Under the pieces are notes generated by a model, which was not told where the DNA came from, did no database searches, and saw only the letters and a list, made by a program, of their open reading frames with translations. A DNA stretch of 60,976 bases from Candidatus Limnocylindria bacterium. GTDB lineage: Bacteria > Chloroflexota > Limnocylindria > Limnocylindrales > CSP1-4. This document shows, one piece after another, positions 46,405 to 54,581 of this stretch. A program made the translations under genes and the position numbers. Within the stretch, counting starts at the first letter, position 1; every line of letters begins with the position of its first letter. The stretch is taken from contig JBGPIH010000002.1 of the NCBI GenBank assembly GCA_041484785.1, forward strand, positions 1-60,976. The letters are read 5' to 3'.

Positions 46405-47253
46405 TTGGCGATGTCCAAACGCGGCGCCCAGTGGGCGTCATCAGGTAGGTCCACCCGCCTGACGGTTGCCGCCGTGGCCCTCGCGCTCGTCGCGCTCGGC
46501 GGTCTGGCCACGAATCCAGGCCCGGCAGCCGCGGCCGCCGGCATGAAGGTGGTCGTCGTCGTCGGGCCCGCCGGCGCGAGCACCTCGAAGTACATCGCCA
46601 GCGCCAGGCGCTATGCCTCGCAGGCCCGCTCGTACGGAGCCACGGTGGTCGAGCTCTATAGCCCGAACGCCACGTGGCCCAGGGTGCAGGCCGCGGCCAG
46701 GGGCGCGAACGTTTTCATCTACCTGGGTCACGGCAACGGGTCGCCCAGCCCGTATGGGCCATTCTCCGCGCTGACCAGGGACGGCCTGGGTCTCAACGCG
46801 TCGGTGGGGCACGGCAACTACGACGTCAAGTACTGGGGCGAGTACTACGTCCGCACCTATCTCAAGCTGGCCCCCAACGCCGTCGTCATCCTGAACCGGT
46901 TGTGCTACGCGTCAGGTAACTCGGAATGGGGCGCCGCGAACCCGACTCGTGCCGTTGCGATCAAGCGGGTCGACAACTTCGGTGCGGGGTTCCTGCGGGC
47001 CAACGCCAAGGCGGTCTTCGCGGAGGGGATCGGCAGCGTCTCCTACGTCCTCGCGGGCGTCTTCCGGACAAACCGGACGATGGGCCAGATCTTCATGAGC
47101 GACCCCAGCGCGCACGGCGCGCTCGACTTCACCTTCAGCTCGATCCGGACGCCCGGCAAGCGCGCCTGGATTGATCCACTCGCCCCCGGCCGCTACTACC
47201 GGTCGGTGATCGGCAACCTGTCCCTGGGCGCGGCCGCGGTCAGAGCGTCCTGA
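46405..47253 (+). CDS. secreted/membrane-anchored hypothetical protein with a possible caspase-like (clan CD) His/Cys arrangement
   Basis: RBS GGAGG lies at about 46393, with TTG 46405 or ATG 46411 as start, then a signal/TM segment. The alternating beta-alpha pattern includes NVFIYLGHGNG and VVILNRLCYASG. Confidence 0.6.
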   Translation: MAMSKRGAQWASSGRSTRLTVAAVALALVALGGLATNPGPAAAAAGMKVVVVVGPAGASTSKYIASARRYASQARSYGATVVELYSPNATWPRVQAAARGANVFIYLGHGNGSPSPYGPFSALTRDGLGLNASVGHGNYDVKYWGEYYVRTYLKLAPNAVVILNRLCYASGNSEWGAANPTRAVAIKRVDNFGAGFLRANAKAVFAEGIGSVSYVLAGVFRTNRTMGQIFMSDPSAHGALDFTFSSIRTPGKRAWIDPLAPGRYYRSVIGNLSLGAAAVRAS

Positions 47254-47307
47254 CCGGACCGGATCGTCCGGTGTTCCGGTCGGTGCGGCCGGCCGCGGAC
47301 GTCGTGA

Positions 47308-47427
47308 CTACAGGACGGCGGCGTGGGCGATCACGCCGAGCAGGGCAAGGATCGTGAGCATGACGAGGATGGCCGAGGGGACCCCGCTGAGGGCGTCCGG
47401 TCGGAGGATCTGCGTCTGTGCGGGCAT
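47308..47427 (-). CDS. 39-aa single-TM micropeptide
   Basis: RBS AGGAG lies 7 nt upstream of ATG 47427. The product is MPAQTQILRPDALSGVPSAILVMLTILALLGVIAHAAVL. It is the internal-Met-initiated 3' part of ORF-track entry 47308..47601. Confidence 0.45.
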   Translation of the reverse strand: MPAQTQILRPDALSGVPSAILVMLTILALLGVIAHAAVL

Positions 47428-47644
47428 CGTGAAGCTCCTGTCGGGTCTCTGATCTCTGGCTGATCGCGACTCACGGGTCGTTCGATGCGCACAGTCTCCG
47501 TCCCTGAACCGGGCGCTCAATCCGGCGAGCGTGGTGTCGCGCCCTCGGCGAATGCTCCCCATGCGGGTGGACGGATGACGAGGTCGTCGCGCACGGGCCA
47601 CGGCCTCCGCATTTGGGTTGAGTCCTACAATGTGTCGCTGGGTA

Positions 47645-47674
47645 TTGACAAAAGGAAATGTGATGTGCTATATA
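47645..47674 (+). promoter_or_regulatory. strong sigma70/SigA-like promoter in an AT-rich island
   Basis: TTGACA (47645-47650) and TATATA (47669-47674) are separated by an 18-nt spacer. The promoter sits about 35 nt upstream of the sORF RBS. My hand count gives about 43% G+C for 47621-47720. Confidence 0.55.
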
Positions 47675-47712
47675 GTGCGTGTGAACCACACATTGATGAT
47701 ACGGAGGCAATG

Positions 47713-47895
47713 ATGCTTCAACTGGCACTCGGCTACGTCCTGCAGGCAGACCGCGAACGCGAGGTGCTCGACGACCTTCGAAGCCGGCAGTCGCTTCGAT
47801 CGGCGGGCCAGGTGCGCCCGCCGGTTTCGCCCACGACACGTCGGGCCGTCGACCCGCGACGATCGGCGGTCCATGCACGCGGCACCGGCGCATAG
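47713..47895 (+). CDS. 60-aa sORF (leader-like protein), paralog of 57850..58029
   Basis: RBS GGAGG at 47703-47707 lies 5 nt before ATG 47713. The product begins MLQLALGYVLQADREREV... The stop TAG 47893-47895 directly abuts GTG 47896 of the next gene. Confidence 0.55.
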   Translation: MLQLALGYVLQADREREVLDDLRSRQSLRSAGQVRPPVSPTTRRAVDPRRSAVHARGTGA

Positions 47896-48321
47896 GTGAC
47901 GGACATGCCACACGACGTCATCTCCACCTGCCCGGTCTGCGCCAGCGAGCTGGCCGTCACCCGCCTGCACTGCGGGAATTGCGGGACCACGCTCGAAGGC
48001 GACTTCAGCGTCGGGCGATTCGGTCGCCTCAACCGCGACCAGCTCGCGTTGCTCGAGAGCTTCCTGCGTTCGCGAGGCAACCTGCGTGAGATGGAGCGCG
48101 AGCTCGGGATCAGCTATCCAACGGTCCGCTCCCGGGTCGAGGCCCTCGTCCGCGCACTCGGTTTCGGTCCCCGTGCCGAGGCGGACGATGCCGATGAGCA
48201 GGTCGCGGAGCTGGCACCCCCAGGACGCAGTCGGGCCGAGGTGCTCGAGGCGCTCGTTCGCCACGACATCAGCGCCGAGGACGCGGCTGCGGCCATCCGT
48301 GCGCTCGGGAGGACCGAGTGA
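47896..48321 (+). CDS. DUF2089-type protein (N-terminal zinc ribbon + HTH)
   Basis: It has CPVC...CGNC followed by LNRDQLALLESFLRSRGNLREMERELGISYPTVRSRVEALV. The start is GTG 47896, or ATG 47905 as an alternative. Confidence 0.8.
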   Translation: MTDMPHDVISTCPVCASELAVTRLHCGNCGTTLEGDFSVGRFGRLNRDQLALLESFLRSRGNLREMERELGISYPTVRSRVEALVRALGFGPRAEADDADEQVAELAPPGRSRAEVLEALVRHDISAEDAAAAIRALGRTE

Positions 48322-49364
48322 TGACGACCGCGACCGGTTCCCGGATGGAGCACTCGATCGGTGGCGACGGTCTCCTCGCCATCCATATCCGCGACGGTCG
48401 GATCCAGCTGCATGGCGTCGATGGCGGGATCGTCCGGGTGCGCGACGTCAACGACCGCGACCTTGCCGACACGCTCGGGATCGATCCGGGTGAGGGGAGC
48501 CTTTCACTTCGATCGGGCCCGCGTCTCGACTTCATCCTCGGACCACGCGGCGGCCGCCCGGGCGGACGCCGCGCTCCGGAGCTCGACATCGAGGTCCCGT
48601 GGCGTGCCTCGATCGTGATCGAAGCCGCCAGCGGGGACGTCGAGGTGGACGGCCTGCTCGGTGATCAGCGCTATCGGACGGCGTCGGGTGACGTGACCCT
48701 TCGCGCGGTCGGCGGCAGGCTCAGCGTGGAAGTCGTCTCCGGCGACGTCGACATCACCGCCAGGGACACCGCCGACGTCATCGCACGGACGGTCTCCGGC
48801 GACATCGCCCTCCGGGCGGCCACGCTCGCGAGCGTGATCGCGACCACGACCAGTGGCGATCTCAAGCTTGCCGGACGGCTGTCGGGCGCCGGTCCCTTCA
48901 GGATCGACACCGTCAGCGGCGACGCCCTGCTGGCGCCGGCCGGAGACGTGCAGATCCAGATGAACAGCTTGACCGGCGATCTCATCTCCGATGTCGACGG
49001 CCCGTCGGTCAGCCGCGGACGACACTCGTTGACGATCGGCCGGTCCGGGCCGCTGGTGACGGTCCGCTCGATGTCCGGTGACCTGCGCGTGGTACGCCCC
49101 ATCCCGATCACGGAGGCGACCGGCTCCGCCCTGGGTTCTGCCCCGGCCCCCGCGACACCACCGCCGGCGCCCGCGGGGCCACAGCCTGCGCCGGTACCTG
49201 AGGCGCCGGCCAACCCGGCGATCAGCGCCGCCCATGACGAGGCGCGTCTGCGCATCCTCCAGTCTCTGGAGCACGGCGAGATCGACGTCGCCGAAGCCGG
49301 GCGCCGACTCGAGACCCTCGACGCCGGCGAGCCGAGCGGGCGCCCGGGTGGCCTCGATGCCTGA
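48318..49364 (+). CDS. DUF4097-like beta-helix repeat protein (LiaG/YvlB-type putative adhesin fold) with a Pro-rich linker and a C-terminal helical motif
   Basis: The motif (S/T)GD(V/I/L/A) recurs more than 8 times (ASGDVEV, ASGDVTL, VSGDVDI, VSGDIAL, TSGDLKL, VSGDALL, LTGDLIS, MSGDLRV). The start overlaps the upstream stop. Confidence 0.75.
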   Translation: MMTTATGSRMEHSIGGDGLLAIHIRDGRIQLHGVDGGIVRVRDVNDRDLADTLGIDPGEGSLSLRSGPRLDFILGPRGGRPGGRRAPELDIEVPWRASIVIEAASGDVEVDGLLGDQRYRTASGDVTLRAVGGRLSVEVVSGDVDITARDTADVIARTVSGDIALRAATLASVIATTTSGDLKLAGRLSGAGPFRIDTVSGDALLAPAGDVQIQMNSLTGDLISDVDGPSVSRGRHSLTIGRSGPLVTVRSMSGDLRVVRPIPITEATGSALGSAPAPATPPPAPAGPQPAPVPEAPANPAISAAHDEARLRILQSLEHGEIDVAEAGRRLETLDAGEPSGRPGGLDA

Positions 49365-49743
49365 CGACGCCCTCGAGCGTGTGCTCCGGCTGGTCAGCGA
49401 AGGACGCCTGACCGCCGAGGAGGCAGGCCCGATCCTCGACGCACTCGACACCGGCGGACGGCGACCCGCCGGGCCGGGTGCACCTGCGCCGGACGCCGCC
49501 GAGAGCGGTCCGCCAGGAGGCGACGGTCCTGCGAGGGCCTTGCGCGTCCAGGTCACCGAAGCCGGGCGGACGGTCATCAACCTGCGCGTTCCGATCTCGC
49601 TGGGTCGGGCGGCGATCAACCGGATTCCCGGCATCTCCGACGTGACCTCGGACCGGATCCGCGAGGCGATCGCCGCCGGCGTCAAGGGTCCGGTCATCGA
49701 CGTGGAGGACGGGGGCGACGGGGTCCGGATCTCGATCGAATAA
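49357..49743 (+). CDS. hypothetical small protein with an N-terminal SHOCT-like helix
   Basis: ATG 49357 overlaps the upstream gene by 8 nt. The product shows LRLVSEGRLTAEEAGPILDAL, then a Gly/Pro linker and a beta-rich C-terminus. Confidence 0.6.
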   Translation: MPDDALERVLRLVSEGRLTAEEAGPILDALDTGGRRPAGPGAPAPDAAESGPPGGDGPARALRVQVTEAGRTVINLRVPISLGRAAINRIPGISDVTSDRIREAIAAGVKGPVIDVEDGGDGVRISIE

Positions 49744-49778
49744 GCGAACCGATGATCGCGAGCCGGTACCATGCGCCC

Positions 49779-50345
49779 ATGACCACGCCAACCTCGCTCC
49801 CATTCACCGGCGATCCCGCCGCGGACCGCCTGCTCGTCGACGAACCGCTGGCGCTCCTGATCGGTTTCGCGCTCGACCAGCAGGTCACGGTGCAGAAGGC
49901 CTTCAGCGGTCCCGCCGAGTTGAAACACCGGCTCTCCCATCTCGACGCGGCCCGGATCGCGGCGATGGATCCGGCCGAGCTCGACGCCGTGTTCCGGGCG
50001 CGCCCGGCTCTCCACCGTTTCCCGGGGGCGATGGCCGGAAAGGTCCAGGCGCTCTGCGCGGCGATCGCATCCGGCTACGGCAACGACGCCCGGCGGGTCT
50101 GGAGCGAGGCGCCCGATGGGCCGAGCCTCGAGGCGCGCCTGCTCGCGCTGCCCGGCATCGGCGAGATGAAGGCGAAGTCGATCATCGCGGTGCTCGGCAA
50201 GCGGTTCGGTGTCCGGCCGCCCGGCTACGACGCGGTCGCTCCAGGCTGGCCGACCCTCGGCGACGTCGATTCGGCCGAGGCGCTGGCGCGCTATCAGGCC
50301 GGCAAGCGGGCCCACAAGGCCGCCCTGCGCGCCGCCAGGGAGTAG
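49779..50345 (+). CDS. HhH-GPD-type base-excision DNA repair family protein
   Basis: It has the helix-hairpin-helix LLALPGIGEMKAKSIIAVLG and a conserved N-terminal LLIGFALDQQV. I prefer the ATG 49779 start. Confidence 0.7.
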   Translation: MTTPTSLPFTGDPAADRLLVDEPLALLIGFALDQQVTVQKAFSGPAELKHRLSHLDAARIAAMDPAELDAVFRARPALHRFPGAMAGKVQALCAAIASGYGNDARRVWSEAPDGPSLEARLLALPGIGEMKAKSIIAVLGKRFGVRPPGYDAVAPGWPTLGDVDSAEALARYQAGKRAHKAALRAARE

Positions 50346-50423
50346 CGGCCGGGCGGCGCGTGCGGACCCAGGGCGCCCGGGCGCGACGGTGGGCCAGGCC
50401 GGAGGCACCAGCGGCGCCTGAGC

Positions 50424-51044
50424 GTGCGACGGGCGCTAGACTGGGCGCCCGTGGCCGAACCATCCGATCGCAGCCAGCCTGCTTCTCCGCGACCCCGCCG
50501 CTCGCCGCGCTTCGTCCTGCCGGACGATCACCACGACGAGCGAACCGCCGCGCGGATCGAGGCCTTCCTGGACGGGCCGTCCGCCTCGTCGAGACGGCAC
50601 CGGCTGGCCATTGACGACCGCGACCGACCGCGGCGCCCCCACGAACTCGATACCCGGCCCGATTGGACGACGGCCCTCCGTCGTGAATCGTCGCGCCACG
50701 CCCGCTACGGTCGCCCGGCGTCGGTGCTCCTCATCGAGCTCGATACGAGCCGTGGTGGCGATGCACTCGATCGCGTCGCTCGGGAGATCGGCGACCTGAT
50801 CCGATCCGAGGCCCGCGATACGGACCGGGCCGTCCGGGCCGGGGCGGCGAGCTTCCGGGTGCTGCTGCCCGAGACGAGCGCCCGATCCGCGAGGCACGTC
50901 GTGGCTCGCCTCGACCGCGCCGTCAAGCGCGCCGGCACCGATCGGCTCGAACCCGCGAAGCTGCGGATCGAGATCGTCGCGCCGTCCCGCGGCGGTTCGC
51001 TCGAAGAGGCGTTGTTCGAGGCCGAGCGCCGCCTCGCCTCCTGA
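50424..51044 (+). CDS. degenerate GGDEF-domain protein (active-site GG(D/E)EF replaced by GAASF)
   Basis: The GGDEF-fold pattern is PASVLLIELD...D..L..VA..I....R..D...RAGAASFRVLLPETS...A. The start is uncertain; GTG 50424 is taken from the ORF track. Confidence 0.6.
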   Translation: MRRALDWAPVAEPSDRSQPASPRPRRSPRFVLPDDHHDERTAARIEAFLDGPSASSRRHRLAIDDRDRPRRPHELDTRPDWTTALRRESSRHARYGRPASVLLIELDTSRGGDALDRVAREIGDLIRSEARDTDRAVRAGAASFRVLLPETSARSARHVVARLDRAVKRAGTDRLEPAKLRIEIVAPSRGGSLEEALFEAERRLAS

Positions 51045-51160
51045 CCGGGCCGCAGCCCGCCGGGCGACGAGCGTCGCGACCAGGTGCTCGCGCTCGGCGG
51101 CCGGATCCTGGCACCGCCCGTGTGGACCTCCGACGGCTGCACAGCCTGCCCGAGTCCCGG

Positions 51161-52135
51161 TCAGGCGGGGTCGCCGGCGTACCGCTCCGCGAGGGCTCGC
51201 GCCGTCGAAGCGACGCCGGAGCGGATCTCCGGCGGGCCGAGCACCTCGACCCATCGGCCGGCGCCGAGCAGGGTGAGGGCGGCGTCATCCGGCCAGTCCA
51301 GGCGCAGTCGGAGCCGGAGCCAACCTTCCGGGTCGAGCCCGGGCAGCGGTTCGGCGGCGTTCATGACGGCGTGTCCAACGGCGGTCCGCAGGCGGTCGAC
51401 CCGATCCGGTCGGACGCGGACCTCGACGTCGACACGGGGGACGTCACGCTCGTACGCCGCGGTTGATTCGGACCAGTACGCGGCCAGGTCGAATCCGGCC
51501 GGTCGCTCGAACCGCTCGGACGTGGGTTCCGCGCTGACGATCCGCGATACCCGGTAGGTCCGACTCTGGCCCTCGACGTTCGCGACCACGTACCAGGTGC
51601 CGGCCTTGAGGACGAGCCCGAGCGGCTCGAGGAGGCGCTGCGCGACGCCTCCTTCGCGCTCGTAGCCGATCGCGATCCGGGTCGAGCTCCAGACGGCGTC
51701 CGAGAGCGCGCCGAGGTGAGGAACCGGCTGGCTCGCCCTGAACCAGTCGCCGGCATCGAGATGGAAGCGCTGGACCAGCCGGGTCGCTCGCGTTCGCAGC
51801 TCGGGCGGCAGCGAGGCGAGCACCTTGAGCTGGGCGGCCGCCACCACGGTGCCGAGGCCGAGCTCGGCGGCCGGGCCCGGAATCCCGGCCAGGAAGAGCG
51901 CCTCCGCCTCGTCCCCGGTCAGCCCGGTCAGCCGGGTCCGGTAGCCGTCGACCAGCCGGATCCCACCGTGCGGTCCGCGCTCCGCGTAGACCGGGACGCC
52001 CGACACGCTGAGCGCCTCGACGTCGCGATGGATCGTCCGTTCCGAGACCTCGAGCTCGGCGGCCAGCTCGGCGGCGGTCAACTGCCCGCGCGACTGCAGC
52101 AGCAGGAGCAGGGTCACCAGGCGTGACGCACGCAT
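51161..52135 (-). CDS. HTH-WYL-WCX transcriptional regulator (YafY/PafBC-like)
   Basis: The start is ATG 52135 (MRASRLVTLLLLLQSRGQLTAAELAAELEVSERTIHRDVEAL). The WYL-domain core is LGLVLKAGTWYVVA. Confidence 0.85.
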   Translation of the reverse strand: MRASRLVTLLLLLQSRGQLTAAELAAELEVSERTIHRDVEALSVSGVPVYAERGPHGGIRLVDGYRTRLTGLTGDEAEALFLAGIPGPAAELGLGTVVAAAQLKVLASLPPELRTRATRLVQRFHLDAGDWFRASQPVPHLGALSDAVWSSTRIAIGYEREGGVAQRLLEPLGLVLKAGTWYVVANVEGQSRTYRVSRIVSAEPTSERFERPAGFDLAAYWSESTAAYERDVPRVDVEVRVRPDRVDRLRTAVGHAVMNAAEPLPGLDPEGWLRLRLRLDWPDDAALTLLGAGRWVEVLGPPEIRSGVASTARALAERYAGDPA

Positions 52136-52175
52136 GGCCCCACGGTACGACGATTCCTGCCAGATCGTGTCATGT

Positions 52176-53447
52176 TCACTCGATCGCCGAACCGATGGCG
52201 ATCGCGTCGATCCGTGCGACCGACTCGTCGATCCGGGATTCGCTGATGCGGCCGGACGTGACCAGCTTCTCGATGGTGTCGACCAGGCGCTCCGCGAGAT
52301 CCGGGACGTAGACCGTCTGGTTGGCAAACAGCAGCAGGTCGTTGCCGGCCTCGATCGCCAGCGCAACCGCCTCGGACTCCGTGTAGCGCGAGGTGATCGC
52401 GGCCGCCCCAAGGTCGTCGGTGATCACCGCGCCGGTCCAGCCGAGCCGCGAGCGCAGCAACCCGCCGACGGTTGCCGCCGACAGCGAGGCGGGCACGCCC
52501 GGGTCGATGGCGTCATTGACCATGTGGCTGCTCATGACGGCATCGGGCAGGCCAAGCGAGATGAGTGTCTCGAACGGCTCGAGCTCGGCCTCCGACCATG
52601 TCCGGGTCACGTCGACGTCGTCCAGGTCGGTGTTGGCGGTGGCGCTCCCGAGGCCCGGGAAATGCTTGATCGCCGCACGTACGCCGGCCGCATGGAGGCC
52701 GCCGATCTCCGCTTCGGCCATGGCGGCGACGATCGGTGGGTCGGCCGAGAAGCTGCGATCGAGGGCGCCGACGGCAGGATTGGCCGGATTGACGTTGACG
52801 TCGACCACCGGTGCGAGATCGAAGTCGATCCCCGCGGTCGCCATGGTCCGACCCATCGCCCGCCCGGCCCGGAAGGCCACCTCTGGATCGTCGGTTGCGC
52901 CGATCGCGGCCTGCGATTGGGTGGCTGGAAAGCCGCGGGCGGGGTTGAGCCGGGAGACACGGCCACCTTCCTGGTCGATGGCGATGATCAGGTTGCCCGG
53001 AGCGGCGGCTCGCAAGGCCGCCGTCAACCCCGCCAGCTGGCTCGGTGAGGCGATGTTGCGCGTCCGGCTGCTTCTGTCGCGGTCGAACAGGATGACCCCT
53101 CCGAGACCGGCCTCGATTGCCCTGGTGATCGGGTCGTGCGGCTCGATCGCCAATCCCCGAAAGCCGACCACGAGCAACCGCGCGATCTTCCGGCGCAGAG
53201 CCGCCGGGTCACTCGTCGGGCTCGGCGGAGCCGTCGAGGCGGACGGAGACTCGGTGGGGGATGGGCTCGGAGACGGTGGCGTCGCCGACGATGGCCGTGG
53301 CGTGGGCGCCGGCAGCGTCGGGCTGACCGGGACGCTCGGTCCGGCGCACGCCGCCAGGCCCACGCCAACCGAGCCGGCCGCGAAGGCGCGCAGGATCGCG
53401 CGCCTCGAGACGAGCCCATCCGCAGTCGCGCGCGGGGCGCTCGGCAC
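52176..53447 (-). CDS. glycoside hydrolase family 3 beta-N-acetylhexosaminidase (NagZ-like), Tat-signal lipoprotein
   Basis: It has IAIDQEGGRVSRL and KHFPGLG, the twin-arginine motif SRRAILRAF and the lipobox LAAC. The GTG 53447 start is tentative and lies 1 nt after the upstream stop. Confidence 0.8.
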   Translation of the reverse strand: MPSAPRATADGLVSRRAILRAFAAGSVGVGLAACAGPSVPVSPTLPAPTPRPSSATPPSPSPSPTESPSASTAPPSPTSDPAALRRKIARLLVVGFRGLAIEPHDPITRAIEAGLGGVILFDRDRSSRTRNIASPSQLAGLTAALRAAAPGNLIIAIDQEGGRVSRLNPARGFPATQSQAAIGATDDPEVAFRAGRAMGRTMATAGIDFDLAPVVDVNVNPANPAVGALDRSFSADPPIVAAMAEAEIGGLHAAGVRAAIKHFPGLGSATANTDLDDVDVTRTWSEAELEPFETLISLGLPDAVMSSHMVNDAIDPGVPASLSAATVGGLLRSRLGWTGAVITDDLGAAAITSRYTESEAVALAIEAGNDLLLFANQTVYVPDLAERLVDTIEKLVTSGRISESRIDESVARIDAIAIGSAIE

Positions 53448-53448
53448 C

Positions 53449-54327
53449 CTAGAGGGCGCCGCTCGTGTCGCACGCCGCGGGGTCGCCAGCCTGGTAGCCG
53501 GTCGTGAACCACTTCTGGCGCTGCGCGGACGACCCGTGCGTCCACGTCTCAGGGTTGACCTGCCCGCTGGTCTCCTGCTGGATCCGGTCGTCCCCGACCG
53601 CCGCCGCCGCGTCCAGGGCATCGGCGATCTGGGCCTTCGAGATCGCCTCCAGGAATCCCGTGCTCGTGGCGTGGTTCGTCCAGACGCCCGCGAAACAGTC
53701 GGCCTGGAGCTCGGTCCTGACGGACTGCCCCTGCGCCCCCGCCCCGCCACCGGCGGCATCGAGCGCCCCGAGCAGATCCTGGACGTGATGGCCGTATTCG
53801 TGGGCGATCACGTACCCCTGCGCGAGCGATCCGCCTGTCGCCCCGAGGCGGGTCCGCAGCTCGTCGAAGAATCCGAGGTCCAGGTAGACCAGCTTGTCGG
53901 TGGGGCAGTAGAAGGGACCGCTTGCCGCGCTGGCGGTTCCACACCCGCTTGACGTCGCGTCGGTGAAGAGCACGGTATCGATGGGCTGATAGGTCTCCCC
54001 GCTCGTGTGGAACTGGCTCGACCAGTAGGCCTGCACGCTGTTGACGTAGCCGAGGATCCGGCAGTCGTCCCGGGTATTGGCGTCCTGCCCCGTCTTGCAG
54101 TCGGTGGCCAGCGCCGTTCCCCCGGGACCGGTCACGGCACCTGGTTCGGTCAGGGCTGTTCCAAGGTCGTTGGGATTGCCACCGAGCAGCAGGTAGATGA
54201 TCAGGACGGCGATACCGAGGCCGCCGCCACCCAGGGCGATCCCTCCTCGGCCGCCGACGCCGCGCCGATCCGTGATCTGCCCGGGGTCGAGCCGGGCGTT
54301 CGGGTCGAACGTCATGGGCGCACCCAC
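53449..54327 (-). CDS. neutral zinc metallopeptidase (YpfJ/Zn_peptidase family), membrane-anchored
   Basis: It has the HExxH motif in [12 protein letters not shown], an N-terminal TM segment [14 protein letters not shown] and the family pattern FYCP.D..VY.D..F. Confidence 0.85.
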   Translation of the reverse strand: MGAPMTFDPNARLDPGQITDRRGVGGRGGIALGGGGLGIAVLIIYLLLGGNPNDLGTALTEPGAVTGPGGTALATDCKTGQDANTRDDCRILGYVNSVQAYWSSQFHTSGETYQPIDTVLFTDATSSGCGTASAASGPFYCPTDKLVYLDLGFFDELRTRLGATGGSLAQGYVIAHEYGHHVQDLLGALDAAGGGAGAQGQSVRTELQADCFAGVWTNHATSTGFLEAISKAQIADALDAAAAVGDDRIQQETSGQVNPETWTHGSSAQRQKWFTTGYQAGDPAACDTSGAL

Positions 54328-54581
54328 CTCCCTGCGAGTCGGCCGTCATCGTACGACCGCATCGGCGCGGCACTCAAATGACATCGACGGTTGTCCATCC
54401 CGGACGTTGACCATTGGCAGGTAGCGCGCCGCGGTTCGCGAGCTACCGTCTGGTCATCGCGAATGGACCGCCGGACATTGAGACCATCGTCCGGCGGCGC
54501 GTCGACCCTCCGGCGGGATGCCGGGCGGCGGCGGAGCCGGCAAGACCTGCCTGAACGGCGGTCCTTCGACGATCCCAACGG

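Noticed and set aside
54328-54581. A 254-nt gap containing the imperfect hairpin GGTAGCGCG...CGCGAGCTACC, considered as an ncRNA or terminator.
   Set aside because: The stem is imperfect, there is no U-tract and no recognisable RNA family. It is most simply the promoter/5' region of the metallopeptidase gene.
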